From NCBI GenBank assembly GCA_045661305.1, contig JAZRFJ010000001.1, forward strand, positions 2,970-66,969: a DNA stretch of 64,000 nucleotides, written 5' to 3'. Positions 19,469-27,764 of this stretch are shown here, one piece after another. Made by a program: the position numbers and the translations under genes. The notes below the pieces were generated by a model. That model was not told the origin of the DNA, searched no databases, and saw nothing but the letters and a program-made list of their open reading frames with translations. Every line of letters starts with the position of its first letter. The first letter of the stretch is position 1. The stretch comes from Clostridia bacterium (GTDB taxonomy: Bacteria > Bacillota > Clostridia > UMGS1840).

Positions 19469-21772
19469 TTAAAGCTTCGCTCTTATAATCTTTCCGCTTG
19501 TTGTTTTTGGAAGTTCATCTTTAAATACAACAATTCTCGGATATTTATACGGAGCAGTATGCTCCTTAACATAATTCTGAATTTCTTTTTTAAGTTCTTC
19601 ACTCGGGTCAGTTCCTTTTGTAAGGACTATGCTTGCTTTAACTACCTGTCCTCTTATTTCATCAGGCTCGGCAGAAACTCCGCACTCTAAAACATACGGA
19701 AGCTCCATAATAACATTTTCAATCTCAAAAGGTCCGATACGATAGCCTGAAGATTTGATAACATCATCAATTCGTCCTACATACCAATAGTAACCGTCCT
19801 CGTCTTTCCACGCAACATCACCTGTATGATAATATCCGTCATGCCATACCTCGTCAGTTTTTTCCTTATCACCATAGTAGCCTGAGAACAATCCGCAAGG
19901 TGCACCGTCTTTAATATTAATACAAATTTCTCCTGTTTCACTTGTTTTAACCTGCTTTCCGTCTGCATTAAGAAGCTCAACCTTATAAACAGGAGCAGGT
20001 TTACCCATTGAACCGATTTTGTGAGGCTTTCCAACAAGATTACCAATAATCATTGTGCTTTCCGACTGTCCGAAGCCCTCTTTTATCTGTAATCCTGTTA
20101 CTTTCTCAAACTGCCTGTAAACTTCAGGATTCAATGCTTCTCCTGCTGTTGTCATATGCTTTACAGATGATAAATCATATTTTGAAATATCCTGTTTAAC
20201 CAGCATACGAAGCATAGTCGGAGGTGCACAGAAGGTTGTTATATTGTGTTTTGCAAACATAGGAAGAATTTCGGCCGCATCAAAACGGTCAAAATCATAA
20301 ACGAATGTTGCAGCTTCACATAACCATTGTCCGTAAAGCTTACCCCACATTGCTTTTGCCCAGCCTGTATCTGATATAGTAAAATGCAGTCCGTCGGGGT
20401 CTACATTGTGCCAGTATTTTGCAGTATGGAAATGTCCCAAAGGATATTTATGATTATGTGCTGCAATTTTAGGATAGCCTGATGTTCCTGATGTAAAGAA
20501 CATAAGCATCAAGTCATCACCGCACGCAGTATCCTCTGTTCTATCAAAATGAGAGCTGAAACGCTTGTATTCTTCGTCAAAATTTCTCCAGCCTTCTCTT
20601 TCTCCGCCCACTATCATTTTTGTTGTAAGCTGTGGACAGCTTTGGGCTGCTATATCAACCTGATGTGCAACATCGTCATCGCTTGTACAGATAATTGCAC
20701 TTATTCCTGCTGAATCAAAACGATATTTAAGGTCATGCTCCTGAAGCTGATTAACAGCAGGAATAGCAATAGCACCAAGCTTATTAAGACCGAGCATTGC
20801 AATCCAGAACTGATAATGACGCTTTAAAATAAGCATAACTCTGTCGCCCTTTTTAATCCCAAGAGAAGCGAAATAGTTTGCACACTGGCTTGAAAGCTTT
20901 CTCATATCTGTGAAAGTAAATCTTCTTTCCACATTATCTTTTGAAATATGAAGCATAGCAAGCTTGTCCGGTTCTCTTCTTGAAAGCTCATCAACAAGGT
21001 CGAAAGCAAAATTAAACTTATCTTCATTTTTGAATTTTATTGATGTCGGTGTTCCCTGTTCATCTTCTGTAACATCAATAAATTTATGGTATATTCTGTC
21101 TTTTGTGTCCGCACTTTTATGTACAGTACCTATAATCTGTTCAGTAGTAGCCATATCGGAAGCCATTTCCTCAACAGTATCATCATCAGCCCTGAGTACA
21201 AATGCATAAAATTTGCAGTCCTTTCCGTCTACTGCAATCATTCCGTGGGGGGTTTTACTGTTATAATAGATACTGTCACCAGGACCTAAAACTTCTTTAT
21301 GATTGCCAACCTGAACCATAAGATGTCCTTCGATTACTATATCACATTCCTGACCTTCGTGGGTTTTTAATTCAATGTCCTTATGTAACGCATCTTCACT
21401 GTAAACACATTCAACATAAAGAGGCTCAGCAACACGCTTTCTGAATGAAGAAGCAAGATTATAATAGGTCATTCCGTGTGCTTTTTCAATTCTTTGACCT
21501 TCTCCTCTTCTGGTAACGGTATATGATTTAAGCATAGGGCTTACACCCTCAACTATATCAGTAACATCAACACCGAGTGCAATCGCACACCGGTAGATAA
21601 ACGCAAAGCTCAAATCATGCTCGCCCTTTTCACAAGCCACATATTCTTCTTTTGTAACATCAGTAAGCTTTGCCATCGTTTCAACAGAAATTCCCATAAT
21701 TTCTCTTAATTCTTTGATTCTTTTGGCAATCTCCATTATTTTTAAATCCAAACCGATAAAGCCCTTATCCAT
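19469..21772 (-). CDS. fusion protein: XRE-type HTH + cupin + AMP-forming (medium-chain-type) acyl-CoA synthetase
   Basis: HTH (IKELREIMGISVETMAKLTDV), cupin (GPGDSIYYNSKTPHGM), and AMP-binding motifs FTSGTSGYPK, YHTGD, GRIDDVIKSSGYRIGPFEIE, PKTTSGKIIR. I set the start at ATG 21772 (MDKGF), which has an AAGGAGA RBS. The 19 upstream codons of the ORF-track call translate the arm of a structured element. Confidence 0.85.
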   Translation of the reverse strand: MDKGFIGLDLKIMEIAKRIKELREIMGISVETMAKLTDVTKEEYVACEKGEHDLSFAFIYRCAIALGVDVTDIVEGVSPMLKSYTVTRRGEGQRIEKAHGMTYYNLASSFRKRVAEPLYVECVYSEDALHKDIELKTHEGQECDIVIEGHLMVQVGNHKEVLGPGDSIYYNSKTPHGMIAVDGKDCKFYAFVLRADDDTVEEMASDMATTEQIIGTVHKSADTKDRIYHKFIDVTEDEQGTPTSIKFKNEDKFNFAFDLVDELSRREPDKLAMLHISKDNVERRFTFTDMRKLSSQCANYFASLGIKKGDRVMLILKRHYQFWIAMLGLNKLGAIAIPAVNQLQEHDLKYRFDSAGISAIICTSDDDVAHQVDIAAQSCPQLTTKMIVGGEREGWRNFDEEYKRFSSHFDRTEDTACGDDLMLMFFTSGTSGYPKIAAHNHKYPLGHFHTAKYWHNVDPDGLHFTISDTGWAKAMWGKLYGQWLCEAATFVYDFDRFDAAEILPMFAKHNITTFCAPPTMLRMLVKQDISKYDLSSVKHMTTAGEALNPEVYRQFEKVTGLQIKEGFGQSESTMIIGNLVGKPHKIGSMGKPAPVYKVELLNADGKQVKTSETGEICINIKDGAPCGLFSGYYGDKEKTDEVWHDGYYHTGDVAWKDEDGYYWYVGRIDDVIKSSGYRIGPFEIENVIMELPYVLECGVSAEPDEIRGQVVKASIVLTKGTDPSEELKKEIQNYVKEHTAPYKYPRIVVFKDELPKTTSGKIIRAKL

Positions 21773-21802
21773 TTTAAAATTCTCCTTTTTTAAAATATAC
21801 TC

Positions 21803-22080
21803 TAGCGTGACAGTAGTTATCCGAACCACGCCTGGAATGGCGTTATTTCGGCATTTTTTAACTTGTCGCTCTCGAAAGGCGACAGCCTTACTTCGTTCTC
21901 CGCGTCAAAAACTGCTCAAAATTCCATCCCTTTCAGGTTCAAAGAATTTTTTGCAAACTATTTTTATGTCAATACAAGAAAAAAACGCAAGCAATACTGT
22001 TGTATTGTCAAGGCTTTTGACGCAGTAGTGACAAAAAAGAGAAAGCAAAAAACGAGGTTCGGATATCTTCTGTCACGCTA
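21803..22080 (-). ncRNA. unclassified 278-nt hairpin-bounded structured leader element, copy 1 (homologous to 51287-51563)
   Basis: The 25-nt terminal arms (22080-22056 and 21827-21803) are 23/25 complementary. The element is collinear with the copy upstream of hisS, and internal hairpins sit at matching positions. Confidence 0.55.
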
Positions 22081-22085
22081 CACAT

Positions 22086-22402
22086 AAAAAAACCCGCCTC
22101 AAAGAGTTTTTCAATGTCTTTGAGACGAGCTTATAATCAAAAATCAAAAATTATAATACCCGCGGTACCACTCAAATTGCACTTTTTAAAAAAAGCACCA
22201 CTTTCAGACTCTTTCAAGCCCTATGCACTAACGCAGCCTACGCGAAAAGGTTCTACTTGCTTTTATAAAAAATAAAAAAGCTTTCTTCCTTTCAACTCAG
22301 GAGCTACAAACATCGGTATTCACTTTTTTGGCTCGCACCAACCGCCAATTCTCTCAAAAGCTATCTCCGAAGCCCTCTCCGTCAAAGTTTTTAAATTTTT
22401 AC
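22086..22402 (-). promoter_or_regulatory. T-box riboswitch leader (tRNA-sensing transcription attenuator)
   Basis: AG box GAGAGA (22350-22355), distal loop GGUUGGUGCGA (22333-22343) and T-box sequence AAUUUGAGUGGUACCGCG (22161-22178). An 11-bp terminator with a U7 run lies at 22086-22127, and its 5' strand (CUCAAA) can alternatively pair with the T-box UUUGAG. Confidence 0.85.
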
Positions 22403-22408
22403 GCGACT

Positions 22409-22437
22409 ATATTAACATATTTTTTCTGTTTTGTCAA
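22409..22437 (-). promoter_or_regulatory. sigma-A promoter of the T-box leader
   Basis: On the - strand, TTGACA, a 17-nt spacer, then TAATAT. Confidence 0.7.
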
Positions 22438-22458
22438 TAGTTTTTCAAAAAATAAATC

Positions 22459-23163
22459 TTATACTGTTATATTCTGCTGTCTTTCGGGCTGAGATGGTTT
22501 TAAATAGGATGCACTAAATTCAGAATAATGAAGAACTTCGCCTTTTTCTATTTTTTTAAGTGCAGCTTTTCCTACACTTACTGCGTTTTGTAAACATTTT
22601 TCTTCATCAGCAAAAAAACAAAGCTCACCCAAATTTTCTTTTATATAGTCCTTATAGCTTATTACACCGTCACCGCAGAAAATAACTTTTTTCTTTTTTG
22701 CACCTTTCTCTTTTATTATTTCAAAAAGCTCATCAAGAGAAATTCCGCAATCATCAAGTATTTTTTCGCCATTATAATAAAGTGCTGTATAAACTTCTTT
22801 TCTTCTTGCGTCAATAATCGGACATATAAGACCATCAAATTCTTCAATATTATGCATAAGACCGTCAAGTGTGCTTACAGCAACCATTTTCTTGTTTTTT
22901 GCGTGAGCTAAACCTTTCATTGCAGAAATTCCGATACGAAGTCCCGTAAATGAACCAGGTCCGTTTGAGCATACATAATAATCAATATCATCAAGCGAAA
23001 TATTACTTTTCTCTATCATTTCAATTATCTTCGGTATAAGCGTACAGGAATGTGTAAGTCCTGTATTTTCATTAAAGGAAGCAAGCACTTCATTATTTTT
23101 CATAACACAAACCGCTAAAGTTGCACCTGAGGAATCTATAACTAACAAATACCTATCTTTCAA
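22459..23163 (-). CDS. tsaB: tRNA t6A37 biosynthesis protein TsaB (YeaZ)
   Basis: 234 aa, ASKHA-fold YeaZ family (GPGSFTGLRIG). It overlaps tsaE. Confidence 0.9.
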   Translation of the reverse strand: MKDRYLLVIDSSGATLAVCVMKNNEVLASFNENTGLTHSCTLIPKIIEMIEKSNISLDDIDYYVCSNGPGSFTGLRIGISAMKGLAHAKNKKMVAVSTLDGLMHNIEEFDGLICPIIDARRKEVYTALYYNGEKILDDCGISLDELFEIIKEKGAKKKKVIFCGDGVISYKDYIKENLGELCFFADEEKCLQNAVSVGKAALKKIEKGEVLHYSEFSASYLKPSQPERQQNITV

Positions 23164-23590
23164 TTTTTATTATCCTTTCATCATCATTCTCGGTATAACT
23201 AATTGTTACCTTTATTGTATTATATCCGTCAAGAAGTGAAAAAGCTTTCTGGGGCCACTCTATAATATTGATACTGCCGTCGCTTAAATACTCATTAAAA
23301 CCAATATCAAAAAGCTCGTCCTCCGATGTTACTCTGTATAAATCAAAATGGTTTACTTTCGGCTCTGACGGGTACTGATTAACAATTGTAAAGGTAGGGC
23401 TTGAACCACCCTCAGAAAATCCAAGTCCGTATAACATACCGTTTGTAAAACAGGTTTTCCCTGCTCCAAGCTCGCCGTACATAAGAACAATATCATTTTC
23501 TTTAAGGCTCTTAACAAACTCACCTGCAAGCTTATATGTATCTTCATAAGATTTTGTCGTATATATCTGATAATTTTCCACTAAAAACAA
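23153..23590 (-). CDS. tsaE: tRNA t6A37 biosynthesis ATPase TsaE (YjeE)
   Basis: 145 aa with Walker A GELGAGKT and the SPTFT motif. Confidence 0.9.
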   Translation of the reverse strand: MFLVENYQIYTTKSYEDTYKLAGEFVKSLKENDIVLMYGELGAGKTCFTNGMLYGLGFSEGGSSPTFTIVNQYPSEPKVNHFDLYRVTSEDELFDIGFNEYLSDGSINIIEWPQKAFSLLDGYNTIKVTISYTENDDERIIKIER

Positions 23591-23691
23591 TCCTTTTTTT
23601 AAAACTTAATACCATTATAATCCTTTTACTTCGTTTTGTCAACCGATAATATGATATAAAACAAAATAAGGGTGCTTTTACACCCTTATTT

Positions 23692-24264
23692 TTAAAGTAG
23701 AAGTGGTTGGATTTGTCTTCTTACCAAGGCATTTTCAATAGTTTCTTCAACCTTGTTAAAATCACAGACCAGCGATGTTGGTTTCTTCTCGCAATCATCC
23801 TGTCCCAAAGGTACAAAATATACATTTTTCAGTGCAAGGACTGTTCCCAGACTTTTTGCTGATTGAGAAAGTCCGTCATTAGTTGCAAGTGCTATAACAA
23901 CGGGAATTGAATTTCGCAATGATGCCTTTGCCGCCATTGTAACGGAAGTATCTGTTATACCATTTGCAAGCTTTGAAAGAGTGTTTCCAGTACATGGTGA
24001 AATAACAAGCACATCAATATATTTTTTCGGTCCGATAGGCTCTACCTCCGCAATGGTATGCAATACTTTATTACCGCATATTAACTCTATTTTTGCAATA
24101 TGGTCTTCTGCTTTTCCGAAGCGCGTGTCAGTTTCATAAGCGTGTTCTGACATAATCGGAAAAACATCGTGCCCTCTTGCACACAAAATTTCAATAACCC
24201 TTATTGATTTTTCAAATGTACAGTAAGAACCAGTAAGACAGTATCCTATTCTTATGTTATCCAT
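23692..24264 (-). CDS. spoVFB: dipicolinate synthase subunit B
   Basis: 190 aa, flavoprotein family (CLTGSYCTF). It is translationally coupled to spoVFA. Confidence 0.85.
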   Translation of the reverse strand: MDNIRIGYCLTGSYCTFEKSIRVIEILCARGHDVFPIMSEHAYETDTRFGKAEDHIAKIELICGNKVLHTIAEVEPIGPKKYIDVLVISPCTGNTLSKLANGITDTSVTMAAKASLRNSIPVVIALATNDGLSQSAKSLGTVLALKNVYFVPLGQDDCEKKPTSLVCDFNKVEETIENALVRRQIQPLLL

Positions 24265-25129
24265 TCGTCTTCAGTTCCTTTTCTCTGCCGATTATGACAG
24301 ACGAAATGAGTTCTCCGGCTGTTTTTGGAGAAAATTTCCCAGGGATTCCAAGTGCATGAAAATACTTGATTTTCCTTTTTTCAAGTGCCTCAAAATCACA
24401 TCCGCCAAGGCATGATGCAAGGTCAATAACAACACATGAAAGATCCAATGTACTAATCACATCTTCATCTATCACCTTAGACGGAACTGTATTTATTAAA
24501 AACTCGCATTTTGTAGCTTCTTTTTTTAAATCACTATATCCGATGTGTTTTATTCCCCCAAAATCGCACCAGGCATAATCCCTTTCCTTTCTTGCCGCAA
24601 CAACAGGTATTCCCCCAAGTGATTTCACATAACCAGCAAGTATTTTCCCTATTCTTCCGTACCCTGTTATGAGTACCTTTGAACCATATATCCCCGAGGG
24701 TGATGATGAAACCATCATGCCTATCGTTCCCTCAGCAGTAAGTGCAGCATTTTTTACGGTCAGCATTTCCATAAGTGAATAATCATTTACAAAATTACTT
24801 TTTGAAAAAAAGCCCTCACCGATTATTCCGCCATATACTTTTTTGGAAGAAGTAAGAAAGTTATTTATCTCCTCCAGGCTTATAAGCATACGATTAAGCG
24901 GAGCATTAAGATACTCCCCGTTTTTGCTCACAGGCATCGGAAGCACAACAATATCTGCTTTTTTTATTCCTTCCTCTAAACTTTCTGCTTTCCTTAAGTT
25001 TGATATTTGTGTTTCATCCGCCTCCGAAAAACCATATATTTGGGTATCAAACCCATTTATTAAAAAATTTTTGGCTGCATAAAGCTGTCTTTCATCTCCG
25101 CCTAAAACAAGAACCTTTTCTTTCATCAA
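24257..25129 (-). CDS. spoVFA: dipicolinate synthase subunit A
   Basis: 290 aa with a Rossmann GYGRIG motif, paired with the B subunit. Confidence 0.85.
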   Translation of the reverse strand: MMKEKVLVLGGDERQLYAAKNFLINGFDTQIYGFSEADETQISNLRKAESLEEGIKKADIVVLPMPVSKNGEYLNAPLNRMLISLEEINNFLTSSKKVYGGIIGEGFFSKSNFVNDYSLMEMLTVKNAALTAEGTIGMMVSSSPSGIYGSKVLITGYGRIGKILAGYVKSLGGIPVVAARKERDYAWCDFGGIKHIGYSDLKKEATKCEFLINTVPSKVIDEDVISTLDLSCVVIDLASCLGGCDFEALEKRKIKYFHALGIPGKFSPKTAGELISSVIIGREKELKTNG

Positions 25130-25246
25130 ATCACCCTCGATAATATATTATTCTCATTTTTCTTTTGTGTTACTGATTTTGATTTTTGTAACAATATAAA
25201 AAAGACTTGAGATGTTTTTATCTCAAATCTTTTTGAATATAATTTT

Positions 25247-26122
25247 TTACGACTTTCTTTCTGAACCTAAATAAAATAACGCCAAAGTCCCTGGTCCTGC
25301 ATGACAACCGATTACAGGGTCAAGATAGTTTATAACAACTTCTTTTATATTATATTTCTTTTTAATCTCAGAAATAACATATTGTGCGTCTTCTTCACAA
25401 TCACCATGTCCTATTGCAATAATCTGATTTTCTTTATCCTGAGCATATTTTTCAAACTGTTCCACAAGGTAATTCATAGCTTGTTTTCTTCCTCTTATTT
25501 TCCCTGTTGTAACAAGCTTGCCGTCAATATCAACATGCAAAAGCGGTTTTATTCCGAGCATTGTTCCTGCAACAGCCGTTGTCGCACTTACTCTTCCGCC
25601 TCTTTTTAAGAAGAAAAGGTCATCTACTGTAACTGTATGACACATATTAAGCTTATTTTCTTCTATCCAATCACGCACTTCCTCGATAGTTTTTCCCTCT
25701 TCTTTCATTAAAGCAGCATTATAAACCAAAAGTCCTTCCCCTAAAGCTGCACAAAGAGTATCAACAGTATAAAGCTTTATATCAGGATATTTATCTCTTA
25801 TAATATTTGCTGCTATTGTTCCTGACTGATATGTTCCGCTAAGTGCACTCGTAAACCCTATATAAAGAATATCTTTCCCCTCTTTTGCAATACTTTCAAA
25901 TACATCCGCAAAGCTTTCAGGAGAAGCAAGTGAAGTCCTCATACTTACTTTGTTTCTCATTTTTACATAAAGCTCTTTTAAATTAGTTTTTTTGCCTTTA
26001 ACATACGCTTTATCTTCAACATCATTTACAAAATAGCTAAGTGATACAATTTCGATTCCATACTTGTCTATTATTTCCTCAGGCAAGTTTGCTGTAGAAT
26101 CTGTTACTATAATATATTCCAT
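25247..26122 (-). CDS. DegV-family fatty-acid-binding protein (paralogue 1)
   Basis: DegV signature (IVTDSTANLP, GFTSALSGTYQS, VDTL). I moved the start to ATG 26122 because the upstream ATG lies inside the GGAGG RBS. Confidence 0.9.
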   Translation of the reverse strand: MEYIIVTDSTANLPEEIIDKYGIEIVSLSYFVNDVEDKAYVKGKKTNLKELYVKMRNKVSMRTSLASPESFADVFESIAKEGKDILYIGFTSALSGTYQSGTIAANIIRDKYPDIKLYTVDTLCAALGEGLLVYNAALMKEEGKTIEEVRDWIEENKLNMCHTVTVDDLFFLKRGGRVSATTAVAGTMLGIKPLLHVDIDGKLVTTGKIRGRKQAMNYLVEQFEKYAQDKENQIIAIGHGDCEEDAQYVISEIKKKYNIKEVVINYLDPVIGCHAGPGTLALFYLGSERKS

Positions 26123-26279
26123 TGTTTTTTCCTCCATATAGTATTTAATACCATATTAACACATTTTATAAACTATGTCAAGTGGTTATTAAGATTTTTT
26201 CAACTATATATAAAAAAAGAAGACGGTTTTTATATCTTCCGTCTTCATTCTTTCTATTTTCAACTTGGTTTAAACCTTT

Positions 26280-27149
26280 TTATCTTTCTTTTCCTAAAAA
26301 GAAGAATGCCAAAGTGCCAGGTCCTGAATGAGAGCCTATAACAGGGTCAATATAATTTTTAATAATTCCCTTTATTTTATATTTTTTCTTAATTTCGGAG
26401 ATAAGATACTCAGCATCCTCTTCACAATCTGCATGACCTAAAGCAAATACCTGATTTTCAGGCTCAACCACAGTTTCCTCAAATTTTTTGATAATTGCAT
26501 CTAAAGCTGCTTTTCTTCCTCTTACTTTAGAAACAGCTACAAGCTTTCCGTCGTTATCAACATGCATAACAGGCTTTATACCAAGAACTGTTCCTGCAAT
26601 TGCAGAGGTAGCGCTTATTCTTCCGCCCCTTTTTAAGTAAACAAGGTCATCTACTGTGAACCAGTGGCACATTTTGAGCTTATTTTCTTCTACCCAATCA
26701 CGCACTTCTTCGATAGATTTCCCCTCTTCTTTCATTAATACGGCATTATAAACCAAAAGTCCCTCACCCAAAGCTGCACTTAGTGTATCAACTGTATAGA
26801 GCTTAATGTCAGGATATTTTTCTCTTATCATTTCAGAAGCAATTACACTTGACTGATAATTCCCACTCAAACCGCCTGAAAAACCTATGTAAATAATATC
26901 CCTTTTTTCTTCTGCTAGCTTTTCAAATTTAGAATAAAATACATCAGGAGAAGCAAGTGAAGTTCTTGTCTGTGCTTTTTCGCGCATTTTATCATAAAAA
27001 GCCTTAAGGTCTGTCTTTTTCCCCTTTTCGTAACCCTTATATTCCACTCCGTCTACAAAATAAGTCATTACTATAAGTTCAATTCCATACTTTTCAATTA
27101 TTTCCTCAGGCAAATTAGCCGATGTATCTGTCATTATAACATAAGACAT
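26280..27149 (-). CDS. DegV-family fatty-acid-binding protein (paralogue 2)
   Basis: 289 aa, clearly paralogous to the neighbouring DegV. Confidence 0.9.
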   Translation of the reverse strand: MSYVIMTDTSANLPEEIIEKYGIELIVMTYFVDGVEYKGYEKGKKTDLKAFYDKMREKAQTRTSLASPDVFYSKFEKLAEEKRDIIYIGFSGGLSGNYQSSVIASEMIREKYPDIKLYTVDTLSAALGEGLLVYNAVLMKEEGKSIEEVRDWVEENKLKMCHWFTVDDLVYLKRGGRISATSAIAGTVLGIKPVMHVDNDGKLVAVSKVRGRKAALDAIIKKFEETVVEPENQVFALGHADCEEDAEYLISEIKKKYKIKGIIKNYIDPVIGSHSGPGTLAFFFLGKER

Positions 27150-27170
27150 AAAAAACGCCTCCTCTTTAAT

Positions 27171-27764
27171 TTATTCTTTATTTTTCTTTGAATCTGCTTT
27201 TTCTTCAGGCTCAAAGGTCATTATTTCGGTAAGAAGCTTGAAAGCATTAGCAGAAAGTGCTGTCTGCATTATAAGATTATAAAAGTCATCATCGTTAGTA
27301 TTTTCATCTAAAATCGGAGATAAAGCAGACGCAACCTCATCAGCAAGAGAATTCATAACTGCATACTCACTTTCAGAAAAAATGTTATACAATTTTTTGA
27401 CTTCTTCTTCATTCATATTAAGAGGAAAAATCTTCATTATCGTTGCAATACTAAGACTTTGCTTTAATGTACAAACAATAATAAGATATACAAGATGCAC
27501 TCTGTAATATTTTTTCTTTACAGGAGGCGGAATAATATCCATTTTAACATAATTGTTTATCATAGAAGGCGTTATAAGCCTTGAGTCATTTACATTCTTT
27601 ACATAAAGTTCTAAGTATTCATTCATAAGAAGTATGACCTGGTCCATATAAAGCCCTATATCAGGTATTTCCTCCCACAAAGGAAGCTTATGCTTTAGCA
27701 TTATATCCTCAAGCTCAGGCAATTTTTTCTGAAATCCGTTCTTATCAAATTGCATCTTACTCAC
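27171..27764 (-). CDS. DUF1836-like protein (commonly linked to degV)
   Basis: 197 aa. The motif GLYMDQV..TPSMINNYVK resembles the DUF1836 family. The call is by recollection only. Confidence 0.6.
   Translation of the reverse strand: MSKMQFDKNGFQKKLPELEDIMLKHKLPLWEEIPDIGLYMDQVILLMNEYLELYVKNVNDSRLITPSMINNYVKMDIIPPPVKKKYYRVHLVYLIIVCTLKQSLSIATIMKIFPLNMNEEEVKKLYNIFSESEYAVMNSLADEVASALSPILDENTNDDDFYNLIMQTALSANAFKLLTEIMTFEPEEKADSKKNKE

Noticed and set aside
19313-19690. 125-aa + strand ORF spanning the tig-ligase intergenic region
   Set aside because: It overlaps the 3' end of the ligase gene in antisense, has low-complexity AT-rich codons and has no RBS.
21773-21829. A 19-codon N-terminal extension (MVRITTVTLEYILKKENFK) of the ligase-fusion ORF
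   Set aside because: It translates the 3' arm of the structured element and the SD itself. The ATG at 21772 has a proper AAGGAGA RBS.
21803-22080. Interpreting the two ~278-nt inverted-repeat-bounded elements as MITEs, possibly with a TA target duplication if the ends are read as TA|GCGTGACAG
   Set aside because: This is not fully excluded but is disfavoured. The terminal arms of the two copies share little sequence, so a common transposase could not recognise them, yet each pair stays complementary. Internal hairpins covary. Both copies sit in the same place and orientation in a 5' UTR about 30 nt before a start codon. The apparent TA duplication is too short to be evidence.
21714-22087. 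ORF-track ORFs 21714..22028 (+) and 21863..22087 (+)
   Set aside because: They lie inside or antisense to the structured element and the ligase 5' end. They have no RBS and odd composition, and the inverted-repeat RNA structure explains the region better.
22311-22323. A firm assignment of the T-box specifier codon
   Set aside because: Several alternative Stem I foldings are possible by eye (UAC, ACC, AUA, AAU). I report candidates only and make no single call.
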